Shown piece after piece: positions 9,294 through 18,214 of a DNA stretch of 64,000 bases. The notes under the pieces were generated by a model. It was not told the DNA's origin. It searched no databases and was given only the letters and a program-made list of their open reading frames with translations. The DNA comes from a virus. The DNA lies in IMG/VR virus record IMGVR_UViG_3300046798_000124, positions 1-64,000 of that record; one strand, written 5' to 3'. Both the position numbers and the translations under genes were made by a program. The number at the start of each line of letters is the position of its first letter. Within the stretch, counting starts at the first letter, position 1.

Positions 9294-9316
9294 CAGGACC
9301 AACCATCCTACCAGGA

Positions 9317-10342
9317 TTAGCTCACATCCATGATGCAGATGGCGGAGGGAAACGTTAGCACCGGGCCGCCACTATGCCCGTCGTGTACGGTCAGCGTCCT
9401 CGGAATAACATCCGGGTCATCGACGACCTTCATGTAGGGGCCGGGGGCAGCACCCGGGTTGTTGGCGTTGCGGGTCATCCGGTACTGACCGATGCTCTCG
9501 CCGTTGCGGCGCCGGCCGACCACCACGACCCGGTTGTCAGGGAGGAAGGTGGTGAAGGTGCCGGAGGGCTCGGCCAGGTATCCCTCGTCGTAGGGCACGA
9601 TGGTCGGCAGTCCGTCGGCGGTCAGCAACTGCTGGACCCCGTCGGCGCTGTTGATCGTGGCGAGCCCCGGGCCTCGACGCCCGCCGATATCGTTCGGATT
9701 GGTGTTGCTCAACATGTTGTTGAGCGTGACCTGGTTCATGTACGCCTTGGCACCCGAGCCAAAGCTGACGCCGTAGCCGCGCCCCTTCAGGCGTACCGCC
9801 CGGAAGTCGGCCAGCGGGGTCGACGTCGCAGGGGTGCCCCAGCCGACGCCAGAGTCGAAGCTCTGCATCGTGTACTGGTCGGTGTAGATGACGGCGTTGT
9901 TCGGGGCCGGCACCGTGACGGTCCCGTTGAGCATCAACGTCCAGACGATCCACTCCTGGCGATCCAGGCGCCGCTGGAGCAGCTGGTTCTGACACTCCAG
10001 CACCAGATCGGTCACATTGATCGGCGTGTCGTCAGAGGCGCCCCACGGGCGGCGGATCGTCAGCTCGCGCTCGTCGATCGCCGCATACTCGCCGTAGACG
10101 CCCGGCTCGACCATGTACCGCTTGCCGCCGAGGCGCTGGATGCGCGCCGGCTGGCCGTTCAGGCCTCGCCCCTGCTGGAGCCCGATCACGTCATCCAGTT
10201 GTTCCCACTCGAGGTTGTGCTGATCGACGTTGACGATCGGGAAGAGATCGGGACCGAACGGCACCCGCTGCGCCGCCAACCGTGGCCCAAGCACCTGGGC
10301 GATCTGCTGGAGGTGCATAATCGAGGGGTAGATAAATGCCAT
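9317..10342 (-). CDS. major capsid protein (lambda gpE-like family)
   Basis: 341 aa after decoration gene; W.TP.TSTPLAD and FLPDNRVV motifs. Confidence 0.85.
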   Translation of the reverse strand: MAFIYPSIMHLQQIAQVLGPRLAAQRVPFGPDLFPIVNVDQHNLEWEQLDDVIGLQQGRGLNGQPARIQRLGGKRYMVEPGVYGEYAAIDERELTIRRPWGASDDTPINVTDLVLECQNQLLQRRLDRQEWIVWTLMLNGTVTVPAPNNAVIYTDQYTMQSFDSGVGWGTPATSTPLADFRAVRLKGRGYGVSFGSGAKAYMNQVTLNNMLSNTNPNDIGGRRGPGLATINSADGVQQLLTADGLPTIVPYDEGYLAEPSGTFTTFLPDNRVVVVGRRRNGESIGQYRMTRNANNPGAAPGPYMKVVDDPDVIPRTLTVHDGHSGGPVLTFPSAICIMDVS

Positions 10343-10357
10343 CTCACATCGCCTTTC

Positions 10358-10795
10358 TTAGACGCCTGGGAAGGCGATGATGCCGGCCGCGAGGTTGCCA
10401 CTGATGTAGTGGGCGCCCATCACGGTCACGGCGTTGGCGTCCAGTCCGACCAGGTCACCGGTCTTGAAGATCCCCGAGTAGAAGGCATCGACGGAGCGGG
10501 TCTTCTCGCCAGGATGCTCGCTTGTGCCGGCCGGTCCCCCGCCGAGGGTGGCGAACCCCAACGCGTCGGTGACGCAGTCGTAGCGGAGGACACACTTCGG
10601 CACCTGGGACCCGTCGGCGTTGCCCGAGGCGTACGCCTTGTAGGTGCCAGGGGTAGCGGTCAACTCCCCGAGGATCGTGCCCTTCAGGAAGGTGGTATTG
10701 GCGATCAGGTTGACGGCCTGTTCGGCGGCTTCGCTGTTCTCGAGGAACGGGTCGAGCCGACCCATGCCCCAGGTCTGAATCGGGGTCGTTGGCAT
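10358..10795 (-). CDS. head decoration protein (gpD-like)
   Basis: KGTILGE...YKAYASGNADGSQVPKCVL motif. Confidence 0.8.
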   Translation of the reverse strand: MPTTPIQTWGMGRLDPFLENSEAAEQAVNLIANTTFLKGTILGELTATPGTYKAYASGNADGSQVPKCVLRYDCVTDALGFATLGGGPAGTSEHPGEKTRSVDAFYSGIFKTGDLVGLDANAVTVMGAHYISGNLAAGIIAFPGV

Positions 10796-10805
10796 AATCG
10801 GCTCC

Positions 10806-11426
10806 TTACCGGTTCACACTGGCGATGCCGGCCAGCACCGTGCGACCAGTGGCGGTCTGCTGGAGGTAGGCCGCGATCTGGGCCTCATCGGCCACGGCAT
10901 TCGGATCGACCTTCGGCGTCTGCCGCTCGGCCATCACGAACTTGGTCACCCCGTCGAACATGTCGGCGGTCAACTCGCGCCGGCCCTCTCGGGCCGCCAG
11001 CAGGTTCTCCAGGTGCGCGACGCGGGTCGTGGTCTTGCCCTGGCCCAGCTGGACTGGCCCGTGCGTCTCGTCGTCGGAGGCCAACAGGCAGTAGAGCGCC
11101 ATCAGATGCGGTCGCTCGGGCGCCAGTGACTTCATCTCATCCTCGCGCTCGCGGCAGAACGCCTCGGCGCGGATCTGGATCTGCTGGAACCGCAGGCGGG
11201 TGTTCTCGGCCTCGGCGGCGACCAGGCGCTGACGGAGGGTGGCATCACCCGTCAGGTCGGCCGGCGGTGGCGACGTGGGGACGATGTGGGCGGGAGTGGC
11301 AGTCGTGGTGCCCGTACCGTTCGTGGCGGACGCGTTCAGGCTCATGATCTGGGCCTCCTGATCAGCCGAGGCCGGCGCCTCGGCGGCGGCGACAAGCTGC
11401 CGCAGGCCATCCAGCAAATTGCCCAT
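10806..11426 (-). CDS. nested in-frame scaffolding protein (Nu3-like)
   Basis: Internal GGAGGAG-N5-ATG before MGNLLDGLRQL; coiled-coil segment. Confidence 0.65.
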   Translation of the reverse strand: MGNLLDGLRQLVAAAEAPASADQEAQIMSLNASATNGTGTTTATPAHIVPTSPPPADLTGDATLRQRLVAAEAENTRLRFQQIQIRAEAFCREREDEMKSLAPERPHLMALYCLLASDDETHGPVQLGQGKTTTRVAHLENLLAAREGRRELTADMFDGVTKFVMAERQTPKVDPNAVADEAQIAAYLQQTATGRTVLAGIASVNR

Positions 11427-12434
11427 GGGGGCTCCTCCAACAGACGCGGCAGCCGGCGCCGGCACAGACCTCGGACGGTCCGGCAGGACATCCAGCAACT
11501 CGTCGTCATCGGGCGTCGGGGCGGGTCCGGCCGGACCCTTCCTCCGCGTGTCCTTGCCCTCGGTCCTCCCGAGATCGGCGAGGACCTCCTCAAATGACCC
11601 CAGGCGGTCAGCCATACCGCTTGCGACGGCATCAGCCCCGACCTTGAGGCCTCCAGCGCCAAACTCCTCGAGGACGGTCTCGCGAGAAACGACTCGATTG
11701 GCAGCGACGTCGTCCACGAACAGATCGCCCAGCACGTCGACCAGGGCTTGCAGCTGGGCCGCCCCGGCCTTGCTCTTCGGGTCTGGCCGCTTCTGAGGTG
11801 AGGCCGAGGAGACGAACTCGACGTAGCCCTCACGCTCCTGGCCATCCGGGACGGCCATCACCACGCCAATCGACCCGACCGCCGCCGTCTTGTTGACGAC
11901 GACCTCGGCAGCAGCCGACGCCAGCCAGTAGGCGGCACTGGCAGCCAGATCGCCGACGTAGGCCGTGATCGACTTGGCGGATCTGCCGTCGCGGATGATC
12001 GACGCAAGCTCGGAGATCCCGGCCGCTTCGCCACCCGGGCTGTCGACGTCGAGCACGATCGACGTAAAGCTGTCGTCCTCGAGGGCTCGGGTGAAGTCCT
12101 TCGCCAGGAGCTCGACCGACGTCATCGGCCCACCCGAGAGCGAGGACATCAGGTTGCCCCGGCGGATGATCGGCCCGGTGATCGGCAGGATCGCGGTCTG
12201 TCCCCGGCGATAGAGCGCCGCCGACCCATTAACCAGGACCGAGGTCTGCTGGTGGACGGCGTACCGATTCCAGCGCGCAGCCTGGGCTGCCTCCTGGACA
12301 CTCGGGTCAAAGTGGAAGGCTCGAGCGAGCATCTCCGGGCTGGTCTCATGCCGCTCGACGTACCGCAAGACAGCGGAGAGGACCTCGGGGCGGACAGCCC
12401 AGGCAGAGGCGTACAACTCGGCAAGGAGCGTCAT
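10806..12434 (-). CDS. S49 (SppA/gpC-like) prohead protease-scaffold fusion
   Basis: LDVDSPGG, AASAAYWLAS, VGSIGV motifs. Confidence 0.9.
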   Translation of the reverse strand: MTLLAELYASAWAVRPEVLSAVLRYVERHETSPEMLARAFHFDPSVQEAAQAARWNRYAVHQQTSVLVNGSAALYRRGQTAILPITGPIIRRGNLMSSLSGGPMTSVELLAKDFTRALEDDSFTSIVLDVDSPGGEAAGISELASIIRDGRSAKSITAYVGDLAASAAYWLASAAAEVVVNKTAAVGSIGVVMAVPDGQEREGYVEFVSSASPQKRPDPKSKAGAAQLQALVDVLGDLFVDDVAANRVVSRETVLEEFGAGGLKVGADAVASGMADRLGSFEEVLADLGRTEGKDTRRKGPAGPAPTPDDDELLDVLPDRPRSVPAPAAASVGGAPMGNLLDGLRQLVAAAEAPASADQEAQIMSLNASATNGTGTTTATPAHIVPTSPPPADLTGDATLRQRLVAAEAENTRLRFQQIQIRAEAFCREREDEMKSLAPERPHLMALYCLLASDDETHGPVQLGQGKTTTRVAHLENLLAAREGRRELTADMFDGVTKFVMAERQTPKVDPNAVADEAQIAAYLQQTATGRTVLAGIASVNR

Positions 12435-14005
12435 GGTTGGTCCCTCCGTGGAGGCCTGGGTGCCGGCTGCCGGCCGCGGCCGCCGCGCTGGGCCGGCCCG
12501 GAGGGCGCACCCGGATCCGGTTCACCGGTGTCGGCCCCGCCGTTGCCCATCTCGCCGCCGTCGGGGGCCGACGGTTCACCGGGAGCCGGCGAGGCCGGCG
12601 GCTGCAAGAGGTTCGGTTGGCTCCAGTCACGGACCGGCAGACCCAGCTGGGCATCGAGGTCGGTGAGTTGGCTCGAATGCAGGTACGAGGCGCGCATCAG
12701 GGCGGCGACCGCCGACATCAGCGCCGGCACGTCCTGGTGTTCGGTCGTCCCCAGCGTGGGGATCGGCACCAGCGTCTCCGCAGCCACCTCACCCCAGTTG
12801 CGTCGGACCCACGGCAGCAGGATCTGGTTCGAGACCATCTCGAGGACCGACTGCTTGCCCTGACGGACGATGGTGTCGAGGACGTCCTGGTGGACCGAGG
12901 CTGCCGACCGGGCCTGGTGCTCACCTTCCTCGGTCGCCAGCTGCTGGGTCAGGATCGCCTTGATGATCTGGGAGGAGTACATCCCGAGGGCGGTCTTGAA
13001 GGCCTGGCCGTCGCCCGTCAATTCGATCGGGTGGACGTCGGTCCCGTACGGCAGCGCCAGGGCGTAGCCGTTGCGCAGACCGAGCAGCGAGGCCAGCAGG
13101 TTCTCCTGCGGCGTCGGGAGGTCGGCTGCCACCGTCTCGTCGTCGTCAGGCGGCGACGACCCAAACGGATCGGTCTCAGGCACCGACTCGGCGTACTCGG
13201 GCGTGGTCGCCCAGACCGACGGCGAGGCGAACTGGCTGAGGTAGCGCAGGTACTCCGGGCTGACCTGGCGCTTCTTCCACCACGGGTCATAGGCCGGTCG
13301 CAACAGCGACGTGCCCCGGGGGTCGCAGTCCTCCGGCCGGTTCGTCAGAATGCAGAACTTGTCCGGCGGGATGATCCGAGCCGTCTCCGGATTGAGCAGC
13401 GCCCCGCTCGTCAGGACCGGATCGCCGGGTGCGGCTCCGAGCAGGCCGACCAGGTTCATATAGGGATCGACCACGAACGCGACCTGCGTCCCCGGCTTCG
13501 GCTTGATCGAGGTCAGCATCAGCAGCCGCTCGGAGCCGTGGGTCTGCCACTCGGAGACCTGTTCGGCGACCTTGTTGCCGTAGGCCAGGGCGTCGAGCAG
13601 GTTCCACAGCACCGAGTTGATCGGTAGGGTCATCCGCTCGAACATCTGCTGGGCCAGGTCGCGGACCTTGACGGCGCGCTTGTAGGCTGGCTTCTTCTGG
13701 TCGTCGATCGCGGGAGCTAACTGGAGGCCGTCTTCGAGGATCGAGGCCTTCAGGATGTTGATCGCCGCGTTGACGTCCGGGTCGCGGAGCATCTGGACGT
13801 AGACATCGGCCCCGAAGTCGGCCGTCAGATCGTCAATCGGATGCGGCAGCGCGACCGGCTTCGTCGCTCCATAGCCCGAGGGCGGGCCACCACCCGAGAC
13901 GAACTCCTTCCGGAGACGACGCGTCTCGGCACGCGTCAGGGCGGGGCCTGACGGCTGGATGACGCGGAGTGGGGGCTGACCTGGGGGTCTCGGCGAGACG
14001 GCCAC
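12431..14005 (-). CDS. portal protein (DUF935/Mu gp29-like)
   Basis: LDALAYG..VAE, PRGTSLLRPAY..WW.K, IIKAILTQQL motifs. Confidence 0.85.
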   Translation of the reverse strand: MAVSPRPPGQPPLRVIQPSGPALTRAETRRLRKEFVSGGGPPSGYGATKPVALPHPIDDLTADFGADVYVQMLRDPDVNAAINILKASILEDGLQLAPAIDDQKKPAYKRAVKVRDLAQQMFERMTLPINSVLWNLLDALAYGNKVAEQVSEWQTHGSERLLMLTSIKPKPGTQVAFVVDPYMNLVGLLGAAPGDPVLTSGALLNPETARIIPPDKFCILTNRPEDCDPRGTSLLRPAYDPWWKKRQVSPEYLRYLSQFASPSVWATTPEYAESVPETDPFGSSPPDDDETVAADLPTPQENLLASLLGLRNGYALALPYGTDVHPIELTGDGQAFKTALGMYSSQIIKAILTQQLATEEGEHQARSAASVHQDVLDTIVRQGKQSVLEMVSNQILLPWVRRNWGEVAAETLVPIPTLGTTEHQDVPALMSAVAALMRASYLHSSQLTDLDAQLGLPVRDWSQPNLLQPPASPAPGEPSAPDGGEMGNGGADTGEPDPGAPSGPAQRGGRGRQPAPRPPRRDQP

Positions 14006-14119
14006 TGAACGGAGGTCCTCGTCTGTGAGGACCTGGCGCCCATCTCAGGTCAGTGGCGGCCCTGAATGTCCGCCCAGCATGTCACGTTTCGGGAAGAGTA
14101 CCACGCAACCTCTAACCGG

Positions 14120-14359
14120 TCAACAGGATTTCACCGGTGTCCAGGTCCATTTGCCGTCACACCCAGGCTCGAGGCAGTACAGCGTCACGAGACGCGTCAC
14201 GGTACACGTCACGAGGTAGAGACGGGACCCGTCAGTCTCACCCATGACGCGTCGACACCCGTCACGGGGACACCGGACCTCGGCCCGCTCAGCCGTTGGG
14301 ACGCGTACCGACGACGGTACGACGTGCATGGTCCCCTCGTTGCCGTCGCTCAAGCTCAT
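14120..14359 (-). CDS. small Zn-ribbon protein (Com-like)
   Basis: EVRCPRDGCRR...CLEPGC; ATGA coupling. Confidence 0.55.
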   Translation of the reverse strand: MSLSDGNEGTMHVVPSSVRVPTAERAEVRCPRDGCRRVMGETDGSRLYLVTCTVTRLVTLYCLEPGCDGKWTWTPVKSC

Positions 14360-14610
14360 GCTCGGGGCAGGCCACATCTCCCCCCAAGCTCGCCGCGATC
14401 CACCGCCTCGACCACCAGACGGACCAGCTCCGAGATCGCCCGAGCGAACTCCGGCGGCATCTGGCCCTGGCCGTAGGCCCCGTGGATCGTCACCTCGACC
14501 GACTCGACGTGGCAGGCGCACACACAGGCACCACCACGCGGCAAGGGACAGGAATCCCGCACGTCGTTCCAACAGCACGCCTCGTCGTAGCCCGTCGTGT
14601 CCTGGCTCAT
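14356..14610 (-). CDS. small Cys-rich hypothetical protein
   Basis: GGAGG RBS; ATGA coupling; CVCACH. Confidence 0.55.
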   Translation of the reverse strand: MSQDTTGYDEACCWNDVRDSCPLPRGGACVCACHVESVEVTIHGAYGQGQMPPEFARAISELVRLVVEAVDRGELGGRCGLPRA

Positions 14611-14951
14611 GCCAACCCTCCCGGACCACGGGCGGCGCGCCGCCGGCGCTGGCGTTCTCGCTGCGCCGCAGCGGCCCCCTCGCGGCACTTCGTGGCCAGG
14701 GCTCCGGCGACGCGTCCCGTCCTCGGCGAGAACCGCTCGGCGGGCTCCCAGGCGCGGTGGTAGCTGCACCAGTGCTCGCCCTGCTCGCAATGCTCCAGGT
14801 ACACCTGGAGCGGGATCCCGAGGAGGGTCGCCCCGTGCCGCATCCGAGCGAGGTGCGTCTGGGGTGGCGTCGTCCACAAGGGGGGTCCCTCGACTTCCGC
14901 CCAGCGCAGCGTCTCGAGCCCGTCGCGCTCGAGGTAGTCGTACTCACTCAT
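14607..14951 (-). CDS. hypothetical Zn-binding protein
   Basis: GGAGG RBS; WCSYH...CREG. Confidence 0.6.
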   Translation of the reverse strand: MSEYDYLERDGLETLRWAEVEGPPLWTTPPQTHLARMRHGATLLGIPLQVYLEHCEQGEHWCSYHRAWEPAERFSPRTGRVAGALATKCREGAAAAQRERQRRRRAARGPGGLA

Positions 14952-15136
14952 GGCCTCCCCTCCCCCTGAACCCGCTCACCACGCTCGGCCGGCGACCAGG
15001 CCAGCACGGATTCCAGCAGGCCGTCACAGAGCCGTCCAACCTCAAGCAGCATGTCGCAGTGGTGGAGCCCGTCACGGTCGACCATCGCTGTCGGCCGGCG
15101 GCCATGCACCGAGCACCAGTATTCGAGCACCAGCAT
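14948..15136 (-). CDS. small hypothetical protein
   Basis: GGAGG RBS before MLVLEYWCSVH; coupled to next gene. Confidence 0.55.
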   Translation of the reverse strand: MLVLEYWCSVHGRRPTAMVDRDGLHHCDMLLEVGRLCDGLLESVLAWSPAERGERVQGEGRP

Positions 15137-15137
15137 C

Positions 15138-15473
15138 TCAGACCTCCACTGGGACCAGGGTCGTGTACCGCTCGGCCGAGTCAATCGGGTCGGCGTCCGA
15201 GCAGAGGAGCACCAGCTCCCAGACCGGCTCACCCCGCAGCCGGCAGAGCCGCCAGTCCCGAGCGATCACCCGCAGCCGGGTCGTCTGAAAGGCCGGGTGG
15301 ACGCAGAGCCCCGGCGGGATCTCCAGCAAGTCGCCACGATGGAACGCGTTGGCGTCGACCCCGGAGATCTCAAACTGCGGCACCAGGAACGGTGCGTCGT
15401 CGCCCGTGCGCTGGCGCAAGGCCATCGGTCCGAGCAGGCACCCGCCGGCGATCACCCTGGTCAGCATGGCCAA
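15138..15473 (-). CDS. hypothetical protein
   Basis: AGGAG RBS immediately after the terminase stop. Confidence 0.55.
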   Translation of the reverse strand: MAMLTRVIAGGCLLGPMALRQRTGDDAPFLVPQFEISGVDANAFHRGDLLEIPPGLCVHPAFQTTRLRVIARDWRLCRLRGEPVWELVLLCSDADPIDSAERYTTLVPVEV

Positions 15474-15476
15474 CTC

Positions 15477-17450
15477 CTAGATGACGTACTCGCGGCGACC
15501 GCCTCGACGGAGCGGACGGTCGGGATTCCCATAGGACCGGCGAATATCCGCGCCGGCGGCACGCTCGATGACCGCGCGCACCTGCGCGCGACGACTCGGA
15601 CCGGCCGGCTGTGCGGGTCGACTGCCGTACCCGGCCGCCGGCTGCACGAGATCGCTGCGGTTACCACCGACCGCCGCCGCGAACGTCGCCCCCGACGACG
15701 GCAGGGTCTCACGAGCGACCATGTCGTACACGCACGCATGCATCAAATGGTCTGGGCCGGAGTGCAGCCAGACCGAGACCGGCTGCCCTCGGGTGTCGGG
15801 CATCGTCGTCCGCGTCGGGCTCTGGAGATGGGCCTGGAACTCGGGGTCATTGACGACATCAGCCGGCGCCGGCTGGGCGATCTTGACGATCATGGCGCGG
15901 ACCCGGTCGAGCGCCATCGTCCGATTGATCGTGATCACGTCAACCTTGAGGCGTTCCAGCAGCCGGCGGTTCCGCAGCTTCTTCAGATCGAGGCCGTCCA
16001 TATGCCACAGCTGCCCTTTGAGGGCGCTCGGCCCGGGGTAGAAGGCGCGCAGCACGCGCCCTGGCCAGCGGGCGGCGAACTCCTTTGCCGAGTCAAGGTC
16101 CGGCTGGGCATCCACGATGCAGCGGCGAATCCTGAAGGTCCGCATCAAGCCATCGAGGTCGGCCCACTCATCGACACTGCCCACCGCCAGGATGTAGCGC
16201 CGACCGTCGGCGGCGTTGGTGGCCGAGGTAACCCAGTGCTTCTTGAAGCCGACGTCAACACCAAGGGTCGGGTCCGTCCATCGCCCCTTCGGCAGTTGCC
16301 CGTTCTCGAGCGGGGATGCCAGCTGGAGGATCTGCTCGAGGGTGACCTTGCTGCCGGCCACGGTGTACGGCAGGCCCAGGTCCGACTGGAAAAACTGCTG
16401 GCGCTCGAACGGGTCGGGGTTCACAGCAGCTGCGGCCAGTCGCAGCAAATCGACAGAAGGAAAGGCCATCGGCGGCACCCAGTACCCCCGCAGGCCCTGG
16501 ACCTCGGGCGCCTGCGAGACCCAGCGGCCCTCAGAGATCCGCTCCTCGTCGGTGACGAGGTCGCCGCACTCCGGGCAGTGCAGGGTGACACGGTGGCGCC
16601 GGATCTCCTCGGAGGGCCACTCGCCCCAGGCATCATGACCCTGGCCACGGACCCGCACGTCGCGGAGGAAGTCGTACAGCACCCAGGCGCCGCATCGGTG
16701 ACGCTGCTCGTAGCGGTGCTGATCGGAGTCGAGGAACATCCGGTGAATCCCAAAGCCGGGCACCGAGGGTGTCGAGATGTCGATCTCGCGGCGCACCATC
16801 GAGGCGTTCAGGCGGCGTCGCGCCAGCGCGACAGCCGAGCCGGCCATCTCATCGAACTCGTCCAGAATCAGGACGTCGGCCGGGAAGCTCTTGAGCGCCG
16901 AGGTCGACCAGCCGCCACGCAGATAGAGGAAGCTCTCGCGGACCTGTTTGAAGGTCACGGCATTGAAGGCGTCGTCGCCGCCGCCGAACAACTGCGAGAG
17001 ATAGGGACTTTCTCTCGCCAGTGAGGAGAGACGCTCCTTCGAGAAGTCCCCGAGGGCCTCTTTCTTGGGGAAAATATAGGCGACGTTCAGACCATCCTTG
17101 TCGTCGTCGGTCCAGACGGTCGCGCCCCGATCCAGGGCAAAGCCGGTGACGTTGATAGCGTACTCGGAGACGCCCCGCTGGGCCGGCTTGATGATCGCGA
17201 TGTGCTGGTGCGGGTCAGCGTAGATCTGTTTAAGCGGGCGGTGGCGCTCTAAGCTGAACGCTCTACCCTCCAGCTTACGGTGGAGGATCGCCCACTCCAG
17301 GGCATTGGTCGGGCCGGTGGCTGCGTGCTTCGCGAACTCGCGCACGACAGACGGCGCCTGCGCTCGGGCCGCCTCGGCCTGGCCCTGCAACTGCCGTGAG
17401 AGGGACGAGAGGAGTGAGCCTCGGAGACGTGACCCGGATGGACTGGACAT
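15477..17450 (-). CDS. terL: terminase large subunit (GpA-like)
   Basis: KPAQRGVSE Walker A variant, LILDEFD Walker B, ISTP, GVDVG nuclease, DHLMHA. Confidence 0.92.
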   Translation of the reverse strand: MSSPSGSRLRGSLLSSLSRQLQGQAEAARAQAPSVVREFAKHAATGPTNALEWAILHRKLEGRAFSLERHRPLKQIYADPHQHIAIIKPAQRGVSEYAINVTGFALDRGATVWTDDDKDGLNVAYIFPKKEALGDFSKERLSSLARESPYLSQLFGGGDDAFNAVTFKQVRESFLYLRGGWSTSALKSFPADVLILDEFDEMAGSAVALARRRLNASMVRREIDISTPSVPGFGIHRMFLDSDQHRYEQRHRCGAWVLYDFLRDVRVRGQGHDAWGEWPSEEIRRHRVTLHCPECGDLVTDEERISEGRWVSQAPEVQGLRGYWVPPMAFPSVDLLRLAAAAVNPDPFERQQFFQSDLGLPYTVAGSKVTLEQILQLASPLENGQLPKGRWTDPTLGVDVGFKKHWVTSATNAADGRRYILAVGSVDEWADLDGLMRTFRIRRCIVDAQPDLDSAKEFAARWPGRVLRAFYPGPSALKGQLWHMDGLDLKKLRNRRLLERLKVDVITINRTMALDRVRAMIVKIAQPAPADVVNDPEFQAHLQSPTRTTMPDTRGQPVSVWLHSGPDHLMHACVYDMVARETLPSSGATFAAAVGGNRSDLVQPAAGYGSRPAQPAGPSRRAQVRAVIERAAGADIRRSYGNPDRPLRRGGRREYVI

Positions 17451-17470
17451 GCCCCCTCCTCCGGGAGTGT

Positions 17471-18199
17471 CTACCGACGCTTGCGCGACCGCGCGGCGAG
17501 CGGGACGGCGTCGATCTGGACCAGCTGCTCAAGATCGGCGCCGATGGCCGATAACGTGTCAGGGTCGGTGACGTGGCGCCGCAACACATCGAGGACGGTT
17601 CCGAGCAGACCCAGCGCCTCATCCACCGTCAACGTCGCCTGGAGCTTCTCCAGGCGCTTGGCCTCCTGGTCCGCGAGTCTGGCTCTCCGATCCAGTTGCA
17701 GACCCAACTCTTCCCACGCCGCGTGATCAGCGAGACCCTGCTCGAGGGGCTCGGCCAGAAGCTCCAGCGCCTCCTGCATCTTGACGACGTTGCCAGCCGC
17801 ACGATGGCGACGGAACTCACGCCAGAGTCGACCCAGCTGCTTCCAGGCAGCACCGGACTCACCACTCGTGACGCGCTCCAGGAGGCCGTTAATCCGCTCA
17901 GTAATCAGGGTGACATCGGCCTGGAGGCTGAGCAGCTCAGGGTCATCGTGGGTGGCCATGAACCGCTCACCGAGTGGCGCCGGCAGGTATTTGCTGTAGC
18001 GGCCATGTCGGTAGCCCGGCGCCTGTGAGCCCCTGAGGTTACGACCCCCATGGTGGTAGCAGCGTGTACGCCCAATCATCGGCGGCAAGGGACAGAAGCG
18101 GCCGAACCGGTTCAGTGAGTTGCACTTCCCCTCAACCTGCTCGAGGTTGCCCGTTACGGGGATCGGGGTGCCCCTTGGGACGCCAACGGCTCTGCTCAT
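17471..18199 (-). CDS. terS: terminase small subunit (HGGxSTG-like)
   Basis: C...C...RCYHHGG...HGRYSK, directly upstream of terL. Confidence 0.75.
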   Translation of the reverse strand: MSRAVGVPRGTPIPVTGNLEQVEGKCNSLNRFGRFCPLPPMIGRTRCYHHGGRNLRGSQAPGYRHGRYSKYLPAPLGERFMATHDDPELLSLQADVTLITERINGLLERVTSGESGAAWKQLGRLWREFRRHRAAGNVVKMQEALELLAEPLEQGLADHAAWEELGLQLDRRARLADQEAKRLEKLQATLTVDEALGLLGTVLDVLRRHVTDPDTLSAIGADLEQLVQIDAVPLAARSRKRR

Positions 18200-18214
18200 A
18201 GGCCTATCCAGCGC

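Noticed and set aside
9374-11347. 657-aa plus-strand ORF, and similar long antisense ORFs (15051-17024, 12437-13627, 45778-47031, 50808-52208)
   Set aside because: Shadow frames opposite well-supported genes in high-GC DNA; no motifs or RBS.
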